NCBI GenBank assembly: GCA_012799645.1
Contig: JAAZKV010000018.1
Location: forward strand, 41,519-105,518
DNA: 64,000 nucleotides
From: Candidatus Iainarchaeum sp.
GTDB taxonomy: Archaea > Iainarchaeota > Iainarchaeia > Iainarchaeales > JAAZKV01
Reading direction: 5' to 3'
This document shows, piece after piece, positions 21,881-31,183 of the stretch (within the stretch, counting starts at the first letter, position 1; each line of letters begins with the position of its first letter). A model generated the notes under the pieces. The model was not told where the DNA came from. It made no database searches and was given only the letters and a program-made list of their open reading frames with translations. Position numbers and translations under genes: made by a program.

Positions 21881-22627
21881 TTATACTAATTCGTTTAATT
21901 TTTTTCCACTAACAAGGTTGGTGGATAGTATAAAAAATACTAAAACAACAAAACTCATAAAAAACCAAGTTAATGTATGCACTAAATTTGAATCAACCCC
22001 CACTATTTCAGAAAAAACAACTACTATTAGCCGGAGAATATTGATTAAAAAAATAACTCCAGCCCCAACAATAAATAACCCTGCTTTTTTGATTAATTCT
22101 AGTTTTCTTAATGAAAAAATTAGTGAAAAAAGAACGCTCATTGTAACAAACCCCAGACAAGAATTAGTAATAATAAATATTTTTTCGTTTAAAAAAATTT
22201 GATTATTTAAAAAAGGTAAATTTAAAACCATAGCAACAATCATTGTTAAAAAATTTGATACTATTGATAAATCAAGAAAAACAATAACAAAACTAATCAT
22301 AAAAAAAAATAGGAAAAATTTTGTTGAAAACCATAACAAATCAAAATTGGTTAAATATTTTTTTGGATCAACAATTTTTTTATTGATGCTTTTATCAACA
22401 TTTGTTTTGTGAACATTTTTATTAGCTATTTTTGCACTAACATTCTTATCCACAATTTTTTTGCTTCCAATTTTAATATTTTTATTGATTTTATTATGCT
22501 TATTAATTCCCTTATTTCCAGCACCCCCATTATTTTCATCATCCCTCTTACCCAAATTGCTTTTAATATCACTATTATTCTTAACCTTCTCGGTATTTTT
22601 CTTGTTTTTGTTTTTTGGTTTGTTCAA
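21881..22627 (-). CDS. Polytopic membrane protein, possibly archaeosortase/exosortase-family, with an N-terminal K/N-rich low-complexity extension
   Basis: About 150-aa multi-TM core with Cys in ..ITNSCLGF.. (CSG-like), Arg in SLRKLE, and an N..R motif INILRLIV. This resembles the catalytic Cys/Arg/Asn-Arg arrangement of exosortases; recalled from memory, not searched. Confidence 0.35.
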   Translation of the reverse strand: MNKPKNKNKKNTEKVKNNSDIKSNLGKRDDENNGGAGNKGINKHNKINKNIKIGSKKIVDKNVSAKIANKNVHKTNVDKSINKKIVDPKKYLTNFDLLWFSTKFFLFFFMISFVIVFLDLSIVSNFLTMIVAMVLNLPFLNNQIFLNEKIFIITNSCLGFVTMSVLFSLIFSLRKLELIKKAGLFIVGAGVIFLINILRLIVVVFSEIVGVDSNLVHTLTWFFMSFVVLVFFILSTNLVSGKKLNELV

Positions 22628-22632
22628 TTATT

Positions 22633-23142
22633 TCACCAGGGAACTTTTTTTAATTTCAATTTGTATGCTAAAATATTTGTGATGGAGTGCATAAAAATTG
22701 TGATGACTAATAATACTATTATTACTTCAAGTTCGGGAGTTCTTACAAAGGAACTTAAAATTAGTCCTCCTAAAATAAAATCCCATTGGTCGGCTATTGC
22801 CCAATGTGATCCACGTTCAAGACCGATTCTTCTTTTTAAAAAACTTTTACAAATATCTCCCAACATTGCCCCAATTGATAAAAATACAATAAAGGTAAAA
22901 TAATTATCAATTAATTGTGCTTGAGGAATTAAAAAATATATTAACGCTCCTGCTGAAACCCCCACTAGTATTCCACTGAATGTTCCAAGAATTGTTTTCC
23001 CATCACCAAGTATTCGCTTACCGAATAGTTTTTTCCCAAAATCAAGAGGGATTTCCCCGTGCAAAATTATTGGAGCTGCATTCGCGAAATACATTGGAAT
23101 CGCGTAAATTAAAAATAAAAAAAATATTTCTAAAAATTCCAT
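22633..23142 (-). CDS. carS: CDP-archaeol synthase (CarS, DUF46 family)
   Basis: 169 aa, about 5 TM. Conserved cytoplasmic loop ...PLDFGKKLFGKRILGDGKTILGTFSG..., as in CarS (G.R.LGDGKT.EG). Confidence 0.6.
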   Translation of the reverse strand: MEFLEIFFLFLIYAIPMYFANAAPIILHGEIPLDFGKKLFGKRILGDGKTILGTFSGILVGVSAGALIYFLIPQAQLIDNYFTFIVFLSIGAMLGDICKSFLKRRIGLERGSHWAIADQWDFILGGLILSSFVRTPELEVIIVLLVITIFMHSITNILAYKLKLKKVPW

Positions 23143-23186
23143 TTAAATCACTAAAATAATTTTATAAACTAAAAATAAATTTAATT

Positions 23187-23894
23187 TTATAGTAATAAAA
23201 AATACACTATTAATACAAATATTGCTCCTGATGAGGACCCTATTAAATTAACTTGCATATTGTTTAAAATTTTTCTTGATTGGAATATTGCTCCAAATAT
23301 TGAATCAACATTTGATCCTACAATTCCTGCTAATAAAACTAAAAATGAGAGTAATAAATTATTGTATGTAAAATAATAAATTAATGCTATAACAAGTGCT
23401 CCAAAAAAAGCTGCTGTTTCTCCAAGCAATGTTATTCCCCCATCAGTTCCTCTTTGAACTTTTTTTAAAGTTGTAATCATTATTGGGTCTTTTTTTGAAT
23501 GGTAACCAATTTCTGAGGATAATGTGTCAGCGAGTGCTGCGGAGATTGCTGCAAAAAAAGCTAGTTCGAACGCCACTGCATTTTCTGGAAAAATCACTAT
23601 TAAAATTATTGATACTAACGCGGGAAGTGAATTTCCAACAACATTGAATACGTTTCTTTTTTCGTGTTTCTTTTTTGAATAATTACTCGCTATTTCCCCC
23701 AATATAAAAAAAACTACTACTGTAAAGAATGGGATTAATGGACTTGGGGAGTGGGCAGGAGCGTAACTTATTGCAGCGAGTCCAACAATATTCGCTACCA
23801 GCACCCCTTCAAAATCAAGTAATTGTTTGTGGTAAGAAATTATGGAAAAAATTATTAAGAAAATTATTGCTAGCATTAATTGTTCAAAGTACAT
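23187..23894 (-). CDS. DUF92 (TMEM19-like) integral membrane protein
   Basis: Signature AALADTLSSEIG and GGITLLGETAAF in a 7-TM protein. Confidence 0.6.
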   Translation of the reverse strand: MYFEQLMLAIIFLIIFSIISYHKQLLDFEGVLVANIVGLAAISYAPAHSPSPLIPFFTVVVFFILGEIASNYSKKKHEKRNVFNVVGNSLPALVSIILIVIFPENAVAFELAFFAAISAALADTLSSEIGYHSKKDPIMITTLKKVQRGTDGGITLLGETAAFFGALVIALIYYFTYNNLLLSFLVLLAGIVGSNVDSIFGAIFQSRKILNNMQVNLIGSSSGAIFVLIVYFLLL

Positions 23895-24097
23895 TGATTA
23901 TCAATATTTTATTGGTTAAAACTGATTTATATAGTTTTATATTATAAAAAAAAACCAATTCAATGAATAAGACAAATTCAAAGGAGAAAGAAATTCAAAA
24001 GAAAAAATCCAAATAAAATTAATTCAAATGAAAAAAAATAAATTCTAAAAATAGCGCTTAATTATTAGTAACTTAATTATTAATGGGGGATTATTAG

Positions 24098-24139
24098 TTG
24101 ATAATTATTGGTTGATAATTATTGGTTGATAATTATTGT
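24098..24139. repeat. 3 perfect tandem copies of the 14-bp GTTGATAATTATTG (contains the palindrome ATAATTAT)
   Basis: 24098-24111, 24112-24125 and 24126-24139 are identical. Located between the S3Ae 3' end and the DUF92 5' region. Confidence 0.8.
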
Positions 24140-24197
24140 CTAATTAATATCGCTAGATTAGTTATTAGTGTTAAATTGTTAAAATTCTAATCGTTAA

Positions 24198-24806
24198 TTA
24201 TTTTTTTTCAATAAATATTCCTTTTGCAGGAATCACTTTTTTTACTAAGAATACTTTTGCTGCTTTTTTAGCTATTTCACTTGACAAGTTTCCAAGTAAT
24301 AAATCTTTTGATATGTCTTCAAAATCTTTTCCGCTTTGTGCTAATAGTTCTTTTTTCATTATTTCTCTTATTCCTGCTTCTTGTCTTCTTGTTGCTTTTC
24401 TATCTGTTATTGCTACTATAGTAAATCTTGCTTCTCCTGTTGTTACAGGAATTTTTTCCGTTAAAGCAATTTTGCTATTTCTTCTTCTAACTGCTCGTCC
24501 TAATGTTCCTTTGTTTATTTCAAATTTTGATAAATTTGTTGAAATATTTTGTCCTTGAACATCAGTTGTTTTTAAATAAATGTACCAATCTCTTTTCATT
24601 CTATTTCCTGTTAATACATCAAGAGTTGTTCTTATTGTTCTGTTGGTAAGATTTTTTGGTTTTTCTGCAGGTGTTTCTGCTATTGGTTTTTTGTCAAATA
24701 TTCTAGAAGCATTAATTGTGAACCATTTTTTCTTTTTCCATTTATCCACTACTCTTCGCGAACCTTTTCCTGCTGATCCCGAAGTTTTTGATTGTTGTGC
24801 AGCCAT
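24198..24806 (-). CDS. rps3ae: 30S ribosomal protein S3Ae (eS1)
   Basis: N-terminus ...GKGSRRVVDKWKKKKWFTINASRIF... matches the S3Ae signature (VDkWK.K.Wy.i.AP..F). About 200 aa. Confidence 0.75.
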   Translation of the reverse strand: MAAQQSKTSGSAGKGSRRVVDKWKKKKWFTINASRIFDKKPIAETPAEKPKNLTNRTIRTTLDVLTGNRMKRDWYIYLKTTDVQGQNISTNLSKFEINKGTLGRAVRRRNSKIALTEKIPVTTGEARFTIVAITDRKATRRQEAGIREIMKKELLAQSGKDFEDISKDLLLGNLSSEIAKKAAKVFLVKKVIPAKGIFIEKK

Positions 24807-24956
24807 ATAATCAACCTACTTTATTTCCTCATTTTTTATTCTTTAAATAATCATCAATTTTTTTTAATCCAATTATTCCTTCTTCTTTCAATATTATTTT
24901 TTCTCCACCAACTATTTTTTGTTTTAATTTTGCTTTAACCTTTATTGTCATAAAAA

Positions 24957-25409
24957 TTACTTCACTAATAATGCTGCTTGTTCAGCAGAGTATTTCCAAT
25001 CAAGAGGTAATTTTCCATTTTTTGAATAATATTTTCCTAATTTTCTTATTTTTGATACAGTTATTTCATACCCTCTTTTTGCAGAAAAGTCCTTTTTGTT
25101 TTTGTTTAAGTGTTTTTCAAGTATTACACTTCTTCTTATTAAATTTAGTAAATCTTCAGGCATTTCTCCTAATAATTCGTGTTCTGATAATACTTTTTGG
25201 ATTGATTTTCCGTTAGATAATTCGTAAAAATTTTTTACCCCGTATTCATCTCTTAAAATTAGTCCAATTTTGCTTGGAGAGTGACCTGCGTTAGCTAGTG
25301 ATACTATTGTTTCTTCAATTTCTTCAATAGATAATGAATCAGCATTCTTTTTTTCTTTCTTTAATTCTTTCTTTTTAGCCATTTTAATCACTTTAACCTT
25401 TCCACCCAT
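24957..25409 (-). CDS. rps15: 30S ribosomal protein S15 (uS15, S15P/S13e)
   Basis: SLANAGHSPSKIGLILRDEYGV...PEDLLNLIRRSVILEKHL...KDFSAKRG...SKIRKLGKYY are hallmark uS15 segments. Confidence 0.85.
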   Translation of the reverse strand: MGGKVKVIKMAKKKELKKEKKNADSLSIEEIEETIVSLANAGHSPSKIGLILRDEYGVKNFYELSNGKSIQKVLSEHELLGEMPEDLLNLIRRSVILEKHLNKNKKDFSAKRGYEITVSKIRKLGKYYSKNGKLPLDWKYSAEQAALLVK

Positions 25410-25569
25410 TTCGGTGTGGAAAAGAACAACAAAATTATAACATAATTCTCTTAGCTAAGGTTTAAAAAGCTTGAGTCAAGGTTTTTAAAAAAAATAGAAA
25501 ATTAATCCGAAAAAAAATTTGGTAAGAAACAAAAAGAAATCACAGGAAAAATTAACCTGCTTTGATCAA

Positions 25570-26187
25570 TTAGTGATACCTTGCTCTTTTTTCTATTTTT
25601 TCCATTTGTTTTATCATTTGTTCATTTGGCGCATATCCTTCCAACACTAATTCCCAACCCTTTTTTAGTGAAGAGTGGGTGGAGTTGAAGGTTTTTTTGA
25701 ACACAACTAAATCTGTTGCTAAATCTTCTGTTTTTTTTGAAAAATAACCTAACCCAAAATCTATGAAAAATATTTTTCCAGAATCTTTTGAGTTTTTATT
25801 ATTAATATAAATTATGTTTGAGGTTGTTAAATCTCCGTGCACTATCCCAACTGAATGCATTTTTTTTATTTCTTTTCCAATCAAAGAACATAATTCTTTT
25901 TTTTCTTCAATTATTTCTTTTACTCTCACTCCATTTAAGTATTCCATTATTATTTCAAAAGAGTTTTCGTTAACTTTTAGTATTCTTGGAGTGTTAATTA
26001 TTTTTGAAGCTTCTTTAATTAGTTTGGCTTCTGCTTTTGTTCTTTTTTTTCTTATATCAAAATCAAGTTTTGGGTTTCGGTAATTTTTAGCAATTCTCTT
26101 TTTGTTAATTGCGGTAATGTTATCAAAAGTTGTTTGTGTTAGTTCTGCCTCTGCTCCTTTTTTATAAAATTTTTCCATAAAAATCAA
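25570..26187 (-). CDS. bud32: KEOPS complex kinase Bud32 (atypical RIO-like Ser/Thr kinase)
   Basis: KGAEAEL, catalytic loop HGDLTTSNII, and IDFGLG. About 200 aa is the minimal kinase fold. Confidence 0.7.
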   Translation of the reverse strand: MIFMEKFYKKGAEAELTQTTFDNITAINKKRIAKNYRNPKLDFDIRKKRTKAEAKLIKEASKIINTPRILKVNENSFEIIMEYLNGVRVKEIIEEKKELCSLIGKEIKKMHSVGIVHGDLTTSNIIYINNKNSKDSGKIFFIDFGLGYFSKKTEDLATDLVVFKKTFNSTHSSLKKGWELVLEGYAPNEQMIKQMEKIEKRARYH

Positions 26188-26198
26188 TTAAATTAAAA

Positions 26199-26690
26199 TT
26201 AGTTTAAGGTTGAACAAATATTCCTCATTTCAATTTTTGTGGTGGTGCAAGTGTTTAAGTAATCTTGAACTGTTTCTTTTTGTCCACTTCGTAGTTGTTG
26301 TAATTCGTTTGAATTTAGTGCGTTGAGTTTTTCAAGCGCTTTTTGTGAAATATTTTCACAAACAATTGTTGTTTGGTATGCGTTTATTACTGCTATTGAT
26401 TTACAATTTTCTTTTAGCATATCAATAGAGTTTAGTTGTCTTGTTAGTGATAGAACTTGGTAAAATGATTGAGCGGAGTATAGTTCAGCATCAGCAAGAG
26501 TTGATGGTAAATTTAGTTCTATTAGTTCGTTTGTGTAATCAAGCAGTATTTTTTCGTTGGGAACAAAAGCGGTTGTCATTCCATATTTTTCTTGTAATTG
26601 ATTAATTTTTTGAACATCATTTGTTAAATTTATGCACCCAAATAGTGTAAAAATTAATAGTATGAGTGAGAATATTGTGAATTTTTTCAT
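26199..26690 (-). CDS. Secreted protein, lipoprotein-like (signal peptide ending LFGC)
   Basis: MKKFTIFSLILLIFTLFGC is lipobox-like; 4 further Cys in the mature part. Confidence 0.4.
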   Translation of the reverse strand: MKKFTIFSLILLIFTLFGCINLTNDVQKINQLQEKYGMTTAFVPNEKILLDYTNELIELNLPSTLADAELYSAQSFYQVLSLTRQLNSIDMLKENCKSIAVINAYQTTIVCENISQKALEKLNALNSNELQQLRSGQKETVQDYLNTCTTTKIEMRNICSTLN

Positions 26691-26763
26691 ACAAATTATA
26701 AGGAATAGTTATTATTAAATTCTTTCTTTTAATAAAAAAAAACAAATTATTTGTCCAAAAAAT

Positions 26764-27900
26764 TTACCCAAATATTTTTTCAAATAATCCTTTTCTTTTT
26801 TTTGAAGCATTTTCTTCACTTTTTAGTGATTCTAGTATTTCTTTTTGTTTTTTTGTTAGTTTTTTTGGTGTTTCAACTATTACTTTTACATATTCGTCTC
26901 CGAAAGAGTTTGAATTTAGTTTTTTTATTCCTTTTCCTTTCATTTTGAATATTGTTCCTGTTTGAGTTCCTGCAGGGATTTTTAGATCTGCTTTTCCTTT
27001 TAGTGTTGGAACTTCTACTGTTGCACCGAGCGCTGCTTCAGAGAAACTTATTGGAATCTCTGTGTAAATATCTTCGTCATCTCTTTTGAATACATCGTGT
27101 TTTTCTACGAGTATTACTAAAAATAAATCTCCTGCTCCTTGTCTCCCTTCATTTCCTTTTCCTTGTAATCTTAAATGATTTCCTGTGTTTATTCCGGCAG
27201 GGATTTTTACGTTTAGTTTTTCTAATTGTTCTTTGATTCCTTCGCCGTTACAATTTTTACATTCTTTTTCAGGGATTTTTCTTTTTCCTTTGCATTTACT
27301 GCAAGTTGTTTGCATTTGGAAAATTCCAAAAGGGGTTCTTTGTTGTTTTACTTCAATTCCTCTTCCATTACAAGTGGGGCAAGTTTTTAATTCTCCTTCT
27401 GCTCCACTCCCTCCGCATTTTTCGCATTTAACTAATCTGTCGTATTTTATTTCTTTTGTTATTCCAAAAGCAGCTTCGTCAAATTTTAGGTGTATTGTTA
27501 TTTTTATGTTTGATCCTAAATCTTTATTCTCTCGTCTTGTTCCTCTTCTTGAACCAAATAAGTCCCCCATATCTCCAAATCCAAATCCGCCAAATCCTGT
27601 GAAATTGTTGAATAAGTCTTCAAAGTCAAAGTCCATTCCTTGTCCGAATCCTTGTTGGGTATATCCTGAAAAGTTTTTGAATGCTTCCCCATAGTTGTCA
27701 TAATTTTGTCTTTTTTCTGGATCGGATAATACTGAATAAGCTTCGTTTATTTCTTTGAATTTTTTTTCTGCATCTTGTTCTTTTGATACATCAGGATGAT
27801 ATTTTTTTGCTAGATCTTTGTATGCTTTTTTTATTTCGTCAAGAGTTGCTCCTTTTTTTAGTCCAAGTGTAGCATAATAATCTTGACTCACAATAATCAA
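26764..27900 (-). CDS. dnaJ: Chaperone DnaJ (Hsp40)
   Basis: J-domain with HPD, a G/F-rich linker, and four CxxCxGxG zinc-finger repeats. Confidence 0.9.
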   Translation of the reverse strand: MIIVSQDYYATLGLKKGATLDEIKKAYKDLAKKYHPDVSKEQDAEKKFKEINEAYSVLSDPEKRQNYDNYGEAFKNFSGYTQQGFGQGMDFDFEDLFNNFTGFGGFGFGDMGDLFGSRRGTRRENKDLGSNIKITIHLKFDEAAFGITKEIKYDRLVKCEKCGGSGAEGELKTCPTCNGRGIEVKQQRTPFGIFQMQTTCSKCKGKRKIPEKECKNCNGEGIKEQLEKLNVKIPAGINTGNHLRLQGKGNEGRQGAGDLFLVILVEKHDVFKRDDEDIYTEIPISFSEAALGATVEVPTLKGKADLKIPAGTQTGTIFKMKGKGIKKLNSNSFGDEYVKVIVETPKKLTKKQKEILESLKSEENASKKRKGLFEKIFG

Positions 27901-28422
27901 ACTCCACTTAATAATCTTTAACTAATAATCCAACAAAAATAATCCACCTAAATTAATTTAATTAAATTAATTCAAATTGAACCAATTATTTTATCATTAA
28001 AATTTTATCAAAATAATTTTTAAAATAATTTTAAAAATATTTTTAAAAAAAACCTACATTTACTTTTTTTACACCACTAATTTTTATCCACTAATTTTTA
28101 CTTATTAATTTTTTTAATAATTTTATCACTAATTTTTATTCAATACTTTTATTTTTAATTATTTTTTCTTTTTTAATTCTATTTTTTTTATTTTATTTAT
28201 TGATTTTATCCCTGACTTTGCCCTCATTTATTTTAATTCAAAAGGTTTAAGAAGTAGGTTTTGCTAACTTTTCAGCTAGCAAACCACACCTCTTTTTTTT
28301 GTTGATTATTGTTTTGAATATCATTTTTTGTTTTTTCTTTTAATTCAATTTCTTTTTTTCCAACCTTTGTTTTTGGAATTGTTTTTTGTTCGGTTTTTTC
28401 AATGTTGTTTTGGTTTGTTTCG
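27901..28422. repeat. Unusually long AT-rich dnaK-dnaJ spacer with direct repeats (CACTAATTTTTA x3; TTTTAAAATAATTTT x3)
   Basis: A 520-bp non-coding stretch inside the otherwise compact grpE-dnaK-dnaJ locus. Confidence 0.5.
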
Positions 28423-30288
28423 TTATTTTTTGTCCGATTTTTCTTCAAAATCTGCATCAACAACTTTTTCATTATCATTTCCCCCTTTTGAATTTTCTTG
28501 TGTGTTTGTTGTGCCAGTGTTTGGTTGTTCTTGTTGTGCTTTTTGATATACTTCTGATCCAACTTCTTGTAGTATTTTGTTTAATTCTTCCATTTTTGTT
28601 TTTATTGTTTGAGGTGATTTTTCTTCTTTTGCCATTTCGTCTTTTAGTTCTTTTAGTCCTGTTTCTATTTTTGTTTTGTGTGTTTCTGAAATTTTGTCTT
28701 TTAGTTCTTCTAACATTTTTTCTGTGCTGTATATTGTTGCATCAGCGTTGTTTAGTATTTCTATTTCTTCTTTTATTTTTTTGTCTTCTTCTGCGTGACT
28801 TTCTGCTTCTTTTTTCATTCTTTCTATTTCTTCTTCTTTTAGTTTTTGTGATGCTACAATTTTGATGCTTGTTTCTTTTCCTGTTCCTTTGTCTTTTGCT
28901 GTTACGTGAACTATTCCATTTGCGTCAATATCAAATGTTACTTCTATTTGTGGAACTCCTCTTGGTGCTGGGAGTATTCCTGTTAGTTGGAATCTTCCCA
29001 AAGATTTGTTGTCTTTTGCTAGTGGTCTTTCTCCTTGGATTACATTGATATCAACTGTTGGTTGATTATCCGCTGCTGTTGAAAACACTTGGCTCTTTTT
29101 TGTTGGAATTGTAGTGTTTCTATCAATTATTTTTGTTGATACTCCCCCAAGTGTTTCTATTCCTAAACTTAGTGGAGTTACATCAAGCAATAACACATCT
29201 TTTACTTCTCCTGCTAGCACTCCTGCTTGTACTGCTGCCCCTATTGAAACACATTCCATTGGGTCTACTCCTCTTTCTGGTTCAACCCCTGTTATTTTTT
29301 TTACAAAGTTTTGAACTGTTGGCATTCTTGTTGGACCACCAACTAATATTACTTTGTTTAATTCTGCTGCAGTTATTTTTGCATCAGCTAATGCTTGAGT
29401 GATTGGTTTTTCACATCTTTGAATTATTGGTTTAATTAATTCTTCAAGTTTTGCTCTGTTTATTTTCATTGTTAAGTGTTTTGGCCCGCTTTGATCCGCA
29501 GTAATGTATGGTAAGTTAATATCCGTTTCTAGAACTGTTGATAGTTCTATTTTTGCTTTTTCTGCTGCTTCTCTTACTCTTTGCATTGCCATTGAGTCTT
29601 TCTTTAGATCTACTCCTTGTTCTTTTTTGAATTCTTCCACAATATAATTTAGAACAGCTTCATCCATATCTGTTCCACCAAGTTCGGTGTCCCCTGATGT
29701 TGATTTTACTTCAAACACTCCTGAACCGAGTTCCATTATTGTTACATCAAGAGTTCCTCCCCCTAAATCAAACACTAATATTTTTGCGTCTTTGTTTTGT
29801 TTGTCTAATCCATAAGCTAGTGCTGCTGATGTTGGTTCGTTTATTATTCTTATTACTTCAAGTCCTGCAATTGCTCCTGCATCTTTTGTTGCTTGTCTTT
29901 GATTATCATCAAAGTATGCTGGCACAGTGATTACTGCTTTTTCTATTTTTTCTCCTAAAAAGCTTTCCGCATCCCTTTTTATTTTTTGTAAAATAAATGC
30001 TGAAATTTGTTGAGGAGTGTATTCTTTTGAATCAATTTTGTATTTGTGGTTTGTTCCCATTTTTCTTTTTGCTTTTGTTATTGTTCTTTCTGGGTTTGTT
30101 ACTGCTTGTCTTCTTGCTGGTTCTCCCACAAGGATTTTTCCATCTTTTGAAAACGCTACGTAACTTGGGAAAGCTTTTCCATACATTGTGTTTCCTTCTG
30201 CTGATGGAATAATTTTTCCTTTTCCTCCTTCAAGTACTGCTGCTGCACTATTACTCGTACCTAAATCAATTCCAATTATTTTACTCAT
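28423..30288 (-). CDS. dnaK: Chaperone DnaK (Hsp70)
   Basis: [18 protein letters not shown], and full NBD plus SBD. 621 aa. Confidence 0.95.
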   Translation of the reverse strand: MSKIIGIDLGTSNSAAAVLEGGKGKIIPSAEGNTMYGKAFPSYVAFSKDGKILVGEPARRQAVTNPERTITKAKRKMGTNHKYKIDSKEYTPQQISAFILQKIKRDAESFLGEKIEKAVITVPAYFDDNQRQATKDAGAIAGLEVIRIINEPTSAALAYGLDKQNKDAKILVFDLGGGTLDVTIMELGSGVFEVKSTSGDTELGGTDMDEAVLNYIVEEFKKEQGVDLKKDSMAMQRVREAAEKAKIELSTVLETDINLPYITADQSGPKHLTMKINRAKLEELIKPIIQRCEKPITQALADAKITAAELNKVILVGGPTRMPTVQNFVKKITGVEPERGVDPMECVSIGAAVQAGVLAGEVKDVLLLDVTPLSLGIETLGGVSTKIIDRNTTIPTKKSQVFSTAADNQPTVDINVIQGERPLAKDNKSLGRFQLTGILPAPRGVPQIEVTFDIDANGIVHVTAKDKGTGKETSIKIVASQKLKEEEIERMKKEAESHAEEDKKIKEEIEILNNADATIYSTEKMLEELKDKISETHKTKIETGLKELKDEMAKEEKSPQTIKTKMEELNKILQEVGSEVYQKAQQEQPNTGTTNTQENSKGGNDNEKVVDADFEEKSDKK

Positions 30289-30340
30289 AAAACCACACTC
30301 CTTTTTTTAAAAATAATTTTTTAAAAATAAATAAACTCAT

Positions 30341-31057
30341 TTATTTCTTTATATCTCCATTTACTCCCCCATTCATTTCTACTTTATCTTCTTTTTTAAT
30401 TTCTTTTCCTTCTAATTCTTTTTCATTTTCAATTTCTTTTTCTTCAATTTTTTTATCACCAACATTTATATTTTTTCCAATTTCTTTTCCATTTTCAATT
30501 TCTTTTTCTTCAATTTTATTCTCTTCAATTTTATTTTCACTAATTTTGTTTTCCACCAAATTTTCTTTTTTACCATTTGAAATGCTTACTTTTGCTGGTC
30601 TTAATATTTTTTTATTTAACAAATATCCATTCAATAACACTTTGGTTATTTTATCTTCATTGAGTAATGAATTTTCTTTAACTAAACAATCCATTGTTTC
30701 GTGATCAAAATCATCCCCTTCACAAATGTTTATTTTTTCCAACCCGTTTTTTTTCAAAATTGAGTAAAGTTGTTCATAAACTAAAACAAATTCTTTATTG
30801 TGTTTTACTCCTTGTTCCAAAGTATCAAGCACTGAAAGTAATTGTTCTATTATTGATGCGTTTGCAAATTCTTTATATTCTTGATTTGATTTAATGGTTC
30901 TTTTTTGGTAATTCTCAAATTCTGCTTGAAGTCTTTGCAATGTTTCTGTTAATTCTTTAATTTTTTCCTGATCCTTATTTAATTCGTTCTTATTCTCTAT
31001 TTTTTGTTCATTTTTTTGGGAATTAACACTATTAATTTTGTTGTCTTTTTGATTCAT
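30341..31057 (-). CDS. grpE: Nucleotide exchange factor GrpE with a repetitive E/K-rich C-terminal extension
   Basis: LQAEFENYQKRT coiled-coil and GrpE core. The last ~70 aa are imperfect ENKIEE/KEIEN repeats, visible as DNA tandem repeats at 30341-30560. Confidence 0.8.
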   Translation of the reverse strand: MNQKDNKINSVNSQKNEQKIENKNELNKDQEKIKELTETLQRLQAEFENYQKRTIKSNQEYKEFANASIIEQLLSVLDTLEQGVKHNKEFVLVYEQLYSILKKNGLEKINICEGDDFDHETMDCLVKENSLLNEDKITKVLLNGYLLNKKILRPAKVSISNGKKENLVENKISENKIEENKIEEKEIENGKEIGKNINVGDKKIEEKEIENEKELEGKEIKKEDKVEMNGGVNGDIKK

Positions 31058-31110
31058 TTATATCACAATAATGAAAAATTGGGCCAATATATTTAAAAAA
31101 CTATCTTGAT

Positions 31111-31150
31111 TGTTTAAAGAGTTTGGACAAAATGCGTATAGTTTAGACAA
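31111..31150. promoter_or_regulatory. Phased direct repeats tGTTTAAAGA / GTTTGGACAA / GTTTAGACAA (10 and 20 bp apart) abutting a TATA-like box
   Basis: Copies at 31111-31120, 31121-31130 and 31141-31150. TTTATAAA at 31153-31160 lies about 24-31 nt upstream of the ATG at 31184, consistent with a leaderless archaeal promoter. Candidate operator in the divergent regulator/grpE intergenic region. Confidence 0.35.
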
Positions 31151-31183
31151 TATTTATAAATTGTTCGGGGTATAAAAGTTATT

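Noticed and set aside
24832-24951. About 40-aa minus ORF MTIKVKAKLKQKIVGGEKIILKEEGIIGLKK... between the S3Ae and S15 genes
   Set aside because: It is too short and has no confident motif. It may be a real small protein, but this is unsupported by the sequence alone.
27185-27694. 169-aa + strand ORF inside dnaJ
   Set aside because: It is antisense to DnaJ, whose J-domain and four CxxCxGxG fingers are intact.
28272-28562. 96-aa K/N/Q-rich minus ORF overlapping the dnaK stop
   Set aside because: It overlaps the DnaK C-terminus out of frame, is pure low complexity, and lies in an A-rich repeat region.
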